A DNA stretch of 64,000 nucleotides, from assembly GCF_001194135.2 (NCBI RefSeq), contig NC_068987.1, positions 4,009,102 through 4,073,101 of the forward strand, given 5' to 3'. This document shows positions 41,259-55,440 of this stretch, piece by piece. The notes beneath the pieces are model-generated. The model ran no database searches. It saw only the letters and a list, made by a program, of their open reading frames with translations, and was not told the DNA's origin. This DNA is from Octopus bimaculoides (taxonomy: Eukaryota). Numbering within the stretch: position 1 is the stretch's first letter; every line of letters starts with the position of its first letter. The position numbers were made by a program, and so were the translations under genes.

Positions 41259-41461
41259 TTAATTCAAGAGAAAGGTTGCGGTGAATCCTCCGCTGTTTGT
41301 TTTCAATAGTTTTCTCCTTTCGTTGAAACCGCCATTGTCATCCTCTTCGTAATCTGACTCCTGGTTTCCATGATCTTCTTCATCGCTTTGATAGGGAAAC
41401 AGCAAATCGTCTTCACTGTCGTCGATGTATTTTATGTCTTCCAGATCATCCAGTCGGAACA
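41259..41461 (-). CDS. Membrane-protein gene terminal exon ([30 protein letters not shown]...FTATFLLN*)
   Basis: Acceptor ccccctcctcatattttaag|; phase 1 matches the previous exon; acidic coding-like frame ending in TAA. Confidence 0.75.
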
Positions 41462-44400
41462 CTTAAAATATGAGGAGGGGGAATAACGGATGGTGGTGGT
41501 GGTGGGAGATGAAGGATACACGGAAGGTGAAATATAGGGAGGAGGAGGAGGTGGAATGAAAGGGTTAGGGAAGGAGAAAAGCGAGAGAGAGAGGAGGGAA
41601 GAGTGAGAAAGATAAGAAAGTGAAGATATGTAAATGATAGGATAGAAAAGACACGGAGAAGGAAAGGTTAGAGAAGAGAGTAGAAGGAGGAGGAGGAGTT
41701 AATGACAAAGAATAAGGGAGGAGATTGTAAGATGACAGGAAAGAGAACGAGAGAAGAAAGTATGTACGCGTGTATGTGTGTGTGTGTGAAAGAGAGAGGA
41801 AAAGTGAAAAGGGTTGGAAACAAATTGAAAGGATGGGAAGTTAAGGATAGAAGATATTGAGAAAGAACGGAAGGAAAACAGGAAGTAAACGAAAGAATTG
41901 TAGAAAATGGAGGAAGGGAGGGAGGGAGAGGGAGAGAGAAGGAATAAATTGAAAGGAAGTGAGTAGGGGAGATTTAAATTTGATGGAAAGAAAAAAGGAA
42001 GAGGCGGAGAGAGTGAATAGGAATGAGGTGAAGAAAGGAACGATTCATAAAAGGAGAAAGAAAGAAAAAGATATTATGTAGAGTTACAGATAAATAAATA
42101 AAAAATTAAAACGGTAATGAATAATATTTAAAGCACATTAAAAAAAAAAAAAGATTCTTTAAACAATATAAAGTGCAATGTTGCAACGTTCATGGTTTCC
42201 GCGGCAATAATAGTAGCTAAGTAAATTAATTAGTATCCGGGAAATTCATCACGATAAATACACTGTGGATAATTACACCGCAGTGAATACATCGATTCGT
42301 ATTTTTATCGCAACCTAATTGCAAGCTAATAACAATACATCGTCAACAAATCCGTCACCATGCCAAATACGCAGTCGGTAAATTCAAAGACAAAACTTAT
42401 TATCAAATATATTCAATCAAAAAAAAAAAGAAATCAATGTTACTTTTAAAATAGTATTACAAAAAATGCAATAAAAAAAGATAACACACTTTTAAATTGG
42501 AAGAAGAAAGAAATGTTCTTTAGATAAATTATTAACGATGTCGTTAAAATAATCCAGCATTTTGTGACTTCGAAATTCATTGATGATGCGTTGAATTTTG
42601 CTGTACTATCTTTATATTTTTTTTCATAGTGTGAATTTTCTGCACGACTGATACGCTGTTTGATTATAATTTCGTTTCCTCGTTGTTCTTTCTTCAAGAT
42701 TTCTAAAGATTTCCAGATTACAGGGTGGAATACTTTTATTCTTTGGATTTCTTTCCCATTGTTAATGAAATGCGACATAATTCTTTTTTTTTTTTACTCT
42801 GTTGAAGGAAACAATAACGTTTAGTGATATAATTAGTTGCTAAGAAGCCTGCTTACCAACCACAAGGTTTCGGGTTCAGTCCCACTACACCGTACATTGG
42901 GCAAGTGATTTCTACTATAGCTCCCGGCTGACCAATCTTTTGTGAGCGATCTGGGAGACAACAAATGTATGGAAACCCATTGTGTGTGTGTGTATGCATG
43001 TATATATATATATATAATATATATATATGTGTGTGTGTATATGTATGTATGTACGTAGATATGCATGTCTATTTTTCAGTGCGTGGTGAGGCACAAGCCA
43101 AGCTCTTGTTATAATTATGTTATAATTATGTATATAATTATATATATATATATATATATATATAAGGGTAGCTTTCTAGGTGCAATCCCATGATCAGTCA
43201 TGACCGGTCTCGGCGGCATATATATACACACACATACATACATATGGTAGGCTCGAGGTTATAGTAGAACACACTTGCCCAAGGTGCCACGCAGTGGGAT
43301 TGACCCCTGAACCGTGTTGTTGGGAAGCACGCTTCTTACCACACAGCCACGCCTGCGCCTAATTTTTATACCATAGCAATGACGTAAATAATGTTTAAAA
43401 AAGCATATTGTAATCAACCCAAGAATCGAAATCGGGTTATTGTTCCGTTCTGTGAATCTCAGTTCCCTAATGACTTAGGGTTAGGAGACGGTGGACGACG
43501 GCGACGACAACAATAGCAACAACAACAACATCAACATCAACAACAACAACAACAACAATAGCAACAACAAGATAAAATACAAAGGAGAATTGAGAAAAAT
43601 AAACGGAAACAAGAACCACTTTTTGAGGAGTGGAAATATAAAATCGAATGAATCAATCGCGTTGTGTTATCGATTTCTAACCAAGATAAAGCAGAGGCGT
43701 AGTGAGAGATGGGAGAGTGAGGGAGGAGGAGTTCCCCAGGCGTCGTTATTAAAGGGCGCAACATATTCTATGGTCAATCGTACCTGTTAATTAAGGTAGG
43801 CTTAACAAAAATATCTTTGAAGTGGACACTGGGAAAGTTAGCTATGCATCCGGGGTAGAAGACCAGAAAATTTGGGTGGAAGAAAATAATCGATTATGCT
43901 GATCGTCAGTACATTACCTGTATTTTATTGTATCGATTTCAAGAAGAATGAGCTTCTTTTTGTCTGCTATTACAAATTCATTCCTAGCTAGGTTGCTTCA
44001 TAGGAATTTAAAATCGACTCTAGGCTGATAGCGATTGTCGTTACACAGACTGTTACTGAGCAGAACCGCCCCTTCTGGTGTAAGTATTGTTAAAAATATA
44101 CATATAAACTTTAGGCTATTTTGTTTTTGTTTACAAGATTTTTGATGCAAACTCGTGTGTTGAAATATATTTGGGGGGTATCTTGGGAGGGTCATTATGT
44201 CAATAATAAACATACGCACTGTTTCTATTTCATTTCTGTTATTGCTGTCATTGTTTTTTTTTTATTTCTCAGTTGGTTAACCATGTTGTTGATGAGATCA
44301 CGAGTGCTGACACAAGGAGTTTGTCAAACCTACGTGGTTGATCGACTGACCAAACAATTAATCAAACAATCGAATACGTAAATGGTTGCATAGTTAACCA

Positions 44401-47400
44401 ATTGAAAAAAATAATAATAAAGAAGTGAAACAGAATCAGTGCATGTGCTTATCAATGGTATGATGACTCTCCCGAGATACATCAGACTTTAAGCTATTTC
44501 TATACATAGAACTACTTTGATATGACTTTAAACATTGTTTGCGAGTGTGTATCATTAAATTTGAAAACAGACCCACCATGTGCCGTAACCAATAAAATAT
44601 TTTACTCACTCCATCTATTTTATTAATACTGTTACCCCAACCGCCACTACGAAGTTCCTGCAATAAATCTACGGATAACAACAGGGAATCGAAACTGTGC
44701 CGGTGCTTTACACATCATCTATTTATACATCTTATATATATATATATATATATNNNNNNNNNNNNNNNNNNNNNNNNNNNNNNNNNNNNNNNNNNNNNNN
44801 NNNNNNNNNNNNNNNNNNNNNNNNNNNNNNNNNNNNNNNNNNNNNNNNNNNNNNNNNNNNNNNNNNNNNNNNNNNNNNNNNNNNNNNNNNNNNNNNNNNN
44901 NNNNNNNNNNNNNNNNNNNNNNNNNNNNNNNNNNNNNNNNNNNNNNNNNNNNNNNNNNNNNNNNNNNNNNNNNNNNNNNNNNNNNNNNNNNNNNNNNNNN
45001 NNNNNNNNNNNNNNNNNNNNNNNNNNNNNNNNNNNNNNNNNNNNNNNNNNNNNNNNNNNNNNNNNNNNNNNNNNNNNNNNNNNNNNNNNNNNNNNNNNNN
45101 NNNNNNNNNNNNNNNNNNNNNNNNNNNNNNNNNNNNNNNNNNNNNNNNNNNNNNNNNNNNNNNNNNNNNNNNNNNNNNNNNNNNNNNNNNNNNNNNNNNN
45201 NNNNNNNNNNNNNNNNNNNNNNNNNNNNNNNNNNNNNNNNNNNNNNNNNNNNNNNNNNNNNNNNNNNNNNNNNNNNNNNNNNNNNNNNNNNNNNNNNNNN
45301 NNNNNNNNNNNNNNNNNNNNNNNNNNNNNNNNNNCCACTCATTATACCCAAGCTTAAAAAAGTTAAACATTGGTGATTAATATACCTATAGAAAATGTTT
45401 CACTGGATAGTTAGTTATCTAAGAAATTCTCAAGTTTATTTTCATAAAGATTAGAAAGCTATAATAAAACCAGACATAATCAATTATTAGCGACGGAATA
45501 ATACCTAATATTATTAATATAGGTATTATTAATAATAATACCTAAAGGTAATCTTTATATCCAACTAAACATGGATATGTTGTTAGAACACTAAATACTG
45601 CGTTATTAGCCTTCAGAGATCTCTTATAGGCGCTTGGCGTATAAAAACGTACACATAAATCGTAACAGACGACAGTCATCTGTCATGGTCGCCTATCGTC
45701 TGCTACGATCTATGGTGTGTGCTTTTTTGCATCAAACGCCAATAAGAGGGTCTCTCAAGGGTAATGACGTAGTATTCAGTGTTCTAGCAAGACATTCGTT
45801 TTTAGCAACAAGCTTCATCAGTAGATGTAGCATCTTCTGATCCATCTCTGTCTTCTGTATTCTCCTCTTGGCAGATAGTACAAGATTTCCAAAATTCTTG
45901 ACTTTCGATGCCAGCTCAGATAAAGTTTCATTTTCAAGCTATAACATGTCAGTTTCATTAGTTAATTCTTTAAATTTGGCTTTTCATTCTTCCTTTTCCT
46001 CATGTAAAGAGCGTTATTTTCTCTCTTTGCTTCAGTAAGGTCTTGGCATTGTTGTTCAGCATAATCTTTCCAGTAGGTCCCAGATATATTTAGTTGACAT
46101 ATTGATTCATTATCCTCCAATGCTATGGTCTTCTTGGTGGAACTTTTGCATAAGCCTTCTCTCATTTTCTTCTGTCTTCCCGTTTTGATATCTTGGTGAG
46201 TTTAGGTTCAACTTCGCTTCGAGTCTTGCAAAACGAGTGTTTACATAATCATATATATATATATATATANNNNNNNNNNNNNNNNNNNNNNNNNNNNNNN
46301 NNNNNNNNNNNNNNNNNNNNNNNNNNNNNNNNNNNNNNNNNNNNNNNNNNNNNNNNTATATATATTTATTTATTTATTTATTCAGTTCTGCTTTAGATAT
46401 AAATACAACATCTGACGTTTACGGTTAAGTTGAATCTCTTCAGTAAAATTACTTTTACAAGATTATCTACAAGAATATTTACAAAAAACATCTATAAAAC
46501 TATATTTACAAGAATACCGGTTATACATTTCAAATGACTGATATAACACGAATGCGTGCGCTGGCCAACAGAACACATATACATACGGTAATATAAGTAA
46601 AATCATATGGTACTTTCATTTTATTTTCAATTTTAAATACACACGCACATCTACACACGCAAATTTCCTTGTGATGGAATCGTTCAGCAAATATTTTTAA
46701 TTTAATTGACTTGAAAGCAAATATAGTCTGGAAAACCAAGCAGCTCATTTACAAAAAAGATCGTTTAAAATAATTTACAAAAAGATCGTTTAAAATACTG
46801 TAGAAATATCAAGAATTGTAATCACACATTTATTCGATATATTTATTTAATATATATATATATATATTTATACTCTTTGGCTTGAAATGAAATCGAGAAA
46901 AAATATTACACACGGATGCAACACTTTCTTTCCTCTTGTACTTTCAAAGCCGATATAAAGATGAACAATATACAATACAAACCTGGCAATGTCGATTGAC
47001 TGAGCTGTTTTTGTCTGCAACCATTGAAAAAAGCTAAATAAAGCTCGTTGGAAGCAAGGTTAATGTGTGGGAAGAGAGAAATGAAAAAAAGCTGGAAGAT
47101 GAGAGAAATGGAGATTCAAGCGGAAAAAAAAAACTCTTGTGCAAAATGCATTTTTAGTGAGAAATGAAGCGAATGTTAGAAAAATAAAACGAATAAGGCA
47201 AAGAGGCAGAAAACTGTTGAAAGACAAGATTTGATCTTTGGCAATAAGATTCACTGATTTGTGAACAATAAGATTTATGTGTTGAAGTTAATTAGAACCT
47301 GTCAGCGGAAATTAATTAAATGATATTTCGTTTTCCAAAATTAAATTATATTTGAGGGAAAAGGTTTGCGACTGACCGAGTCGATAGGTTACTAGCCTGG

Positions 47401-50131
47401 TGACTAAATAGTCGGGATTTCTTGTCCTATCAATGCATGTTTCACTATGACATTGAAAGAAAAAGTATTTAACTGTCTATAATTCTCCCTTTTACAAGAA
47501 ATGAATGCTGTCAGAAGGTACACTACACCGTTGCATCAAACGAGATTTTTGTTGGCAATTATGCTACAGAGCGTCCATTGCCCAGTCTATAAAATTGTAT
47601 TGCATACGATCAATCACAATGTGTCAGTGTATGCAATAAGATCCGCATCTGTATAATACTGTATATCCACAGATATGGATCAATGGATTATACCTAGACT
47701 TTCAGCAGACAACTTAAGTGCCAAAGATCTCCTCAATCATAGATGATCTGACCTACATAACACCACCACCACCACCACCACCACTACCACCACCACCATT
47801 ACCACCAACAACAATGAATGTTTCGTTTGGTTCAAGTACTGCAATGTATCAATCAATATGTTGATATTGATGGATTTAGGCTTGAGTCAATGGAAGACCC
47901 ATTGATGTGTATCTTTCCTTAAATCCCAATATGAATCGAAGTTCAAACATCTCTGTGAATTATGAGATATAATTGCTGAAACTAATTAAATTTTAATCTG
48001 AAGAAGTTTAAACTATTGAAGTAGATTAGTAATTGGACATAAACAAAACTATATTTATTACTAAATATAACCCTGTCTGTTGGAGATTGGGTAAAATTCT
48101 ATATATTTGGAAGTAATTGACTCTGGAAAATATTTTTACAACAATTATTGAAATATTTCTTGTGATAAATTAATGTTATTTTGTGGGGGTGGAATATTGC
48201 TAAGATTTTGTTTTATACAGAACAGCATAAATTATGGAAAATTAATGTTATTTTGTGGGGGTGGAATATTGCTAAGATTTTGTTTCATACAGAACAGCAT
48301 AAATTATGGAAAATTAATGTTTAGTGAAAAAGCTAAGATTTGATTTTAACAATCTTTCCCCAATCTCTTTCTTGACTTTGTATCCAACAACCTAGTCTCG
48401 TCGGCAGCTTTGCAGGCAGCTATGATAGAAGAAATTAAGTAATTAGTATAAAGATTTTGCTTTGGCTAGGTACAAAATGACTTATATTTGAGGGTAAGAG
48501 GCAAATGGAATGTTGTCTTTAGCATGGGTTAACAAGCGGCGAAAATGAATTGAAGGAGAAAGAAACGAGGTCGTGGACTGGACTCACCAGGAGCTTAGCT
48601 CTAACTCTACAACACATTCCTGGAGTTTATCTCTAACTCTACATTACTCCCCAGGAGCTTAACTCTATCTCTACAGCAACTCTCCAAGAGCTTACTTCTA
48701 GCTCTACAGCACTCTCCCGGAGCTTGTCTCTAGTTCTACAACACTCACCATCATAATATCGAGATAGAAATAACTAAATGTCATTTTTAAATCTGAATTT
48801 CTCTATTTTTAATTCAAGATATCGGAAGGACAGCGGCCGGTTTTACCGCATACTCCTGAAACCACAAAGGACTAGACTATGAGAAGTATTAGAGAAATCA
48901 AGATGGCGCATATCATCACATTATATGAAAACTATATTTCTGTCTACAGCAGAATTTCTCTGAAAACTTTTATAAAAGCACAACGCCTTGATCCGCTAGT
49001 CCATCGTCCCGACTAATCATTTGAATATATTGAAAGCAAACTAATTATTATATTGATTTATTTGCAGCTAAATGGCATATTAACTTCCCGAACACTAAAT
49101 TCCAGATGAAATATCCCAGCTTTAAAGGTTGTGGATGGTTTAGAAAGCTATATATACATAGGTTTCTAATAAACACTATTCCTTGTTTTTTTGTTTGTTC
49201 TTCTTTTTTGTGCGTGTGCGTAAAGTCTTAATAGCCAAAAAGCCAGCACTATTGATATACTTCCATTAAACATCAAACGGGAAGTCAAAATATATGAAAC
49301 CGTTTCACTTCATCGTCTGCTGTCTTTGATCGATCTTGAAAATGTTAATGCTTCTAATAGCAGGTTTACTTTTGCTTTTTTTTTGTGTTGATTTATGTTT
49401 TAATATTTTTTTTTAATAATTTTTAAAACATTATTTTTTTATTTTTGAATTTTTTCTCAGTTACTCTTTTCATCATTACCATCACTAACATTATTATTAC
49501 CAACAAAAATAATATAATAAAATAGTCACCAGTTATGACCACCACCATCAATTCTAACACCATCATATAAACACTAATACCAACAACACCGCCACCATTA
49601 GCACCGCCACCACCACCACCACCACCAGCGCAACCGCCAAGGTCAGCTTCAGTTTTCGCCATAAGTTTACGTACCAGGTGGAGGAACCAATTTCTTTGTC
49701 TCACCGTCATCAATATTTTCGTTTGATGTCGGCTGCTGCTGCTGCTGCTGCAGTTCTTTTTGTTGTTGCTCCTGCCGTCGTTGTTGTTGTTGTTGTGTCT
49801 TTCTCCGAAGGTTTTCCGGAATGTCGTAGACGTCTTCCACGATGGGTCCGTTCGTTGGTTCCGTGTCGGTGGGACTGACTGGTCTGTAGTTGTCGTTAAC
49901 GGCGCACGTGAAGTCGTTGTTGAGCAAAGGTGGAGGGCCACCGTTTTCTGGACACTGTCCGTTGGCATCAACATTGGTTTTATTGGTCACACCGTCGTTG
50001 TTGCTCATCGGAACCATTTCGGTGGCATCGGTGATTTCGATCTTTATGTGATCCTGCATCTTTAATGTGTGTGCAGGGGTGTATATATATATATGGTTGT
50101 GTGCATTCATGTAAATGTATGTATGTATATA

Positions 50132-50181
<50 letters not shown>

Positions 50182-50868
50182 GGATGGAGATTGTTAAAAG
50201 AGAAAAAGAGAAATTGTAAAGAATTAGAAAATTGCTGAAAATGAGAAACAGTTAAGAAAAAGAAATTGATATTAATACATACATACATACATACATACAT
50301 GCATACATACATACATACATACATACATACATACACACATTCATACACACACACACACGCACATACATACGTACATACATACATTGACCATTTCTATACA
50401 AGAATATCCTTCTATACATGCGCACACCACCTCGCCTCCTTTTCACTTCCTAACTCCCCAACGTAAAACCACATTCCCAAGTGGTTCTTAACCCTTTTTT
50501 CCATCCACTTTTTCCAATTTTTTCTTTGATGAAGGACTAGCGCTCGAAACGTCAAGAATATTTCCTTTGTTGTAAAGCGTTAAATTATTTAAGACATATC
50601 TACTCCATGTTGTCTTCTTTGTGTGCGTGCGTATGTGTATTCTTTTGCTTTTATTCTTTTATTTGTTTCAGTCATTTGACTGCGGCCATGCTGGAGTACT
50701 GCCTTTAGACGAACAAACCGAGCCCATGACCTATTCTTTATAAGCCTAGTATTTATTCTATCAGACTCTTTGCCGAACCGTTAAGTTAAGTGAACGTAAA
50801 CACGCCAACATCGGCTGTCAATCAATGGCGGGGGAAAACACAGACAAATACATACATACATACATACA

Positions 50869-50902
<34 letters not shown>

Positions 50903-52978
50903 AATATATATNNNNNNNNNNNNNNNNNNNNNNNNNNNNNNNNNNNNNNNNNNNNNNNNNNNNNNNNNNNNNNNNNNNNNNNNNNNNNNNNNNNNNNNNN
51001 NNNNNNNNNNNNNNNNNNNNNNNNNNNNNNNNNNNNNNNNNNNNNNNNNNNNNNNNNNNNNNNNNNNNNNNNNNNNNNNNNNNNNNNNNNNNNNNNNNNN
51101 NNNNNNNNNNNNNNNNNNNNNNNNNNNNNNNNNNNNNNNNNNNNNNNNNNNNNNNNNNNNNNNNNNNNNNNNNNNNNNNNNNNNNNNNNNNNNNNNNNNN
51201 NNNNNCTAGAGAGAGAGAGCTAGAGAGGGAGAGAAGAAGAAGAAGAAGAAGAAGAAGAAGAAGAAGAAGAAGAAGAAGAAGAAGAAGAAGAAGAAGAAGA
51301 AGAAGAAGAAAAAGAAGAAGAAGAAGAAGAGAAACATTAAAATGTCTGATGTCAAATTACGCAGCGTCGAATCAGTAACGCCAAAGATACGGCGCCAAAA
51401 CTGCTGTGTCAAGACGTCTCATACCCAACCGAAAAAGTAATGAAAAGTGTATTTAAAGAAGTCAGAAGTAATAATCCGCGTTTGTTCTCAGTGACGGCCT
51501 TTTGAGCAATCATGTGTGGTTTCCTATTTCTAATTATATTTGTGGCCGTCAGTGAATTGATTGCAACGGATTAACTTCGATATTGTTATATCTCAATGGC
51601 GTAAAGCTAACGAGATCTTTCGCGTTGGAAGAGAAATATAAATCTTCATTTGTAGTAGTACATGCTGATATATCACCAATATATTATATTGATCTATTCT
51701 ATATCAATATAATATATTGATGTATCGTAGTCTTTCATTCTTTTACTGGTTTCAGTCATTGGGTTGCAATCATTGTGGGACACCACGTTCAAGGCTTTTT
51801 AATCGATTATATCGAAACCCGTTGTTATTTCCGCACTTATTAGTTGTCTGTTTGTTGAAGAGTAAAGAAATCCAACTCGATGCATCGATATATACACCAG
51901 AATTTTTAAGTGAAAGCGCATGGCCAAGTGGTTAGGGCGTTGCACTCACGATCTAGCGATTGTGATTTCGATTTCCGGACCGGGTGATGCGTTGTGTTCT
52001 TGAGCGAAGCACTTCATTTCACAATGCACCAGTCCACTCATCTGTAAATGGGTCACTCTGTGATGGACTAGCCTTTCGATCGGGGGGGGGGGGNNNNNNN
52101 NNNGATGGACTAGCCTTTCGATCGGGGGGGGGGGGTGACGTTGGCCAGCTCGCTTAGCCAGCGGGGTGGTGCCATCATTCGGAAGGTAAAACGAGACAAA
52201 GCGCATTGTGACCATCGAACTGTCTGCTCGATCACGTGATCTCGTGATATATCAGTGCAGGCATGCTTTTGCCTTTAAGAAGCTCATGGTTTTGGGTTCG
52301 GTCCATCTGCGCGACATCATGGGTGAGTGTCTTCTACTCTAGTCCCAAGCCGACCAATGTCATCTGAGTGAAACTGTGTGAAAGCCCACCAAATATATAT
52401 ATGTCACAAAACTCCCAAAACTAGAAACCCTTAAGTGTCATCCTAGCCTAGTAAGATTCCCAATGAAGACGATCACGCAATATCAATATATGTAATCACA
52501 TTACACCATAAACTCTTAAACAAGTTCAACCTTACAAGAATGAAGGACAACTCAGAAGAACGCGACCCAACATAAAAGATTCACAGACAGCAAGAATATC
52601 AAAAATATATTCCCATCGTCAGCTGCCAAACGGATATCACTATGTTTTTGACACCCTGCCGTATCATTCAATCAGGTATTTTCAAGTTGACAATGTTTTT
52701 TCTTAGGATGTGGGCAGTACTCACGAGAATAACTTTTCTGTAGTTCAGATGTAATTCAGGAGTTTCCTGGTATTTGGCAACAGTATTAAAGAGTACTTTT
52801 TGGTATTATCCTCAAAGCACCCACGATCACAGACACAGCTAATGTTCTTAGATGCCACATTTTAAAACCACTACAAGGTCCTTATTTTACTTAAATTTTT
52901 TAATGTTTTCGTAGAAGTGTTGCAGTCTGCTGGGATTGACATGTGTTTTGTTTACACGACTCATCATCATCATCGTCG

Positions 52979-53021
<43 letters not shown>

Positions 53022-53392
53022 TGTTATTACCTCCGCCTGTGTGAAGGCAGAGGTATTGTTTTCAATCATGTTTGTTCGTTTGTTTGTCTGTGGAGACAAG
53101 ATATCTCAAGAATCGCTGGGTGGATTCAGATGAAACTTTCAGGGATGTTTGACCTCGTGACTGGCACGAACTGATTAGATTTTGGGATCGATCCAGTATT
53201 GGACAAGGATTCTGGATTATTTTTCCGTTTTTTTACTTAATTTTTTTGAGTGGTCGGGTTCACTTTTAGCATTCTCGTTTGTGAGAGCAGTCGAGTTTAT
53301 TTCAGATATTCTCATTTTAAAAATCATCTCCGGCTAATCGTTCAGAGGACGTTGGTGTTGCCTTGGCGGAGGTTTGCGCTCTCTGAGTGCTC

Positions 53393-53469
<77 letters not shown>

Positions 53470-53842
53470 GAGTGAGAGAGCAGCGCATGCCATCAAAGTG
53501 ATACTAGGGCAAAATATACGAAGTCCAGTACACCCATCATGACCACCTATCTGATAAGAGTACACCGGGAACATTCAACACAACTATATGTGCGTGACAA
53601 TATATATATATATATATGTATATGTTTCCCAACCACATGGTTTTGGGTTCAGACCCACTGCGTGGCACCTTGGACAAGTATCTCCTACTATAGCCCTGGG
53701 CCAATCAAAGCCGTATGAGTGGATTTGGTTGCCAGAAACTGAAAGAAGCCCGTCGTGTTTATATATATACATATGTGTGTGTGAGTGTGTCTGCCTGTCT
53801 TTCTGCATTTGTGCTTGCGTTTCCACCCCTACTATCTATCTT

Positions 53843-53917
<75 letters not shown>

Positions 53918-53957
53918 ATCTATCTATCTATCTANNNNNNNNNNTCTATCTATCTAT

Positions 53958-54033
<76 letters not shown>

Positions 54034-54667
54034 GTAATAGTCATGACTGCCCATAACATAATATACGTGTGTATAGCATACATACAAACATACATACATG
54101 CATACTTACATATGCACACACACATAGCATAAAACGAAAGCATAAAACAACAATTTATTTAGCTTACATGTGTTTCGAATAGCCTAGCACAACACAAGCA
54201 CAGCAAATTTCGGTATGCATGTTTAATCGATTAAATTGCAACAGATGCAAAGCACATATCTGCCAAACTAGTCTTTTTTTATAAGCTAGAATGCTTCTGT
54301 TAAATTTTGTATATATTATCATAATGTAGAAGTGGTTTACAACTAATAAATGCCAGACTGCTGTCTCTATTTATTGTCCATAAACCGTTTCATAGTCAAG
54401 GACGGTATTTTTTTTTATCAGATATTCTTAGTTTAATGACAACTAGTTGTTGTATGCATCTTGTCACGATAGAATTGTAATGTAATCTGTGATGTCGTTA
54501 AGTGCGATTTGATAATAGAAAACAGAATGAATTTACTAAAGCAATAAAAGAAAATTGGTATCTGATAACAATAATGTAGAATTATTTGCTTTTGATCGTT
54601 GAGAAATTATATGAAGTAAAATTATATTACATAAAATAAATCAAAAGTAATAAAAAATATACCTTAT

Positions 54668-54719
<52 letters not shown>

Positions 54720-54895
54720 ACACACGTAGTGTATAGTGTATAAATGCAAACATATACATACGCAAGTACTTATATGCTTATACACTGAAGCCTGTATCTA
54801 TCTGTATATATTTACACTCACAGAACAACGCATATGTATGTATGTATATATATATGTCAGTGTGTTTGACTTCTCTATCTGTCTTTGTCTATCAA

Positions 54896-54963
<68 letters not shown>

Positions 54964-55388
54964 CATATGTATATATATAAAATATCATTAAGATTCCGTT
55001 GAATTAGGTACTTAAATGAGTAACAAAGATGTACAGGTGTTTATTCATTACGGCCGTTTCAAGCGGCTCCTCTAACTGATTAATGAAAACATTACTTCAA
55101 TTTGAAAGAAACCGTTTTCGTCAGGTGACTGTATAGACTTCAAGCATAATGATATAACTATTTTTAAAAAACATTTGACCCTAGATTGTTTATTATTATC
55201 ACAATATGGATTAACTAATTTCTTTGCTTCAAAGTTTCTCAATTAGTAGGCACGGCGTTTCGACCCGATATGGTCTCCTTATTGACGAAGATCCGAACAT
55301 TGTGAGTTAAGCCCAAAATATTTGTTCTATTACATACATACATACAAATTCACAGATAGACAAACAGACCCACAATAACGCACGCACG

Positions 55389-55440
<52 letters not shown>

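Noticed and set aside
48582-48749. 32-bp repeats resembling a CRISPR array
   Set aside because: Contiguous diverged units with no unique spacers, no cas genes, eukaryotic context.
51915-51990. tRNA-like sequences (also SINE heads near 4874, 5696, 28243)
   Set aside because: A/B-box-like heads continue into SINE bodies and lack a complete cloverleaf; not tRNA genes.
52062-52138. Direct repeat gatggactagcctttcgatcggggg on both sides of a 10-N gap
   Set aside because: Most likely an unmerged contig overlap at a poly-G run (assembly artefact).
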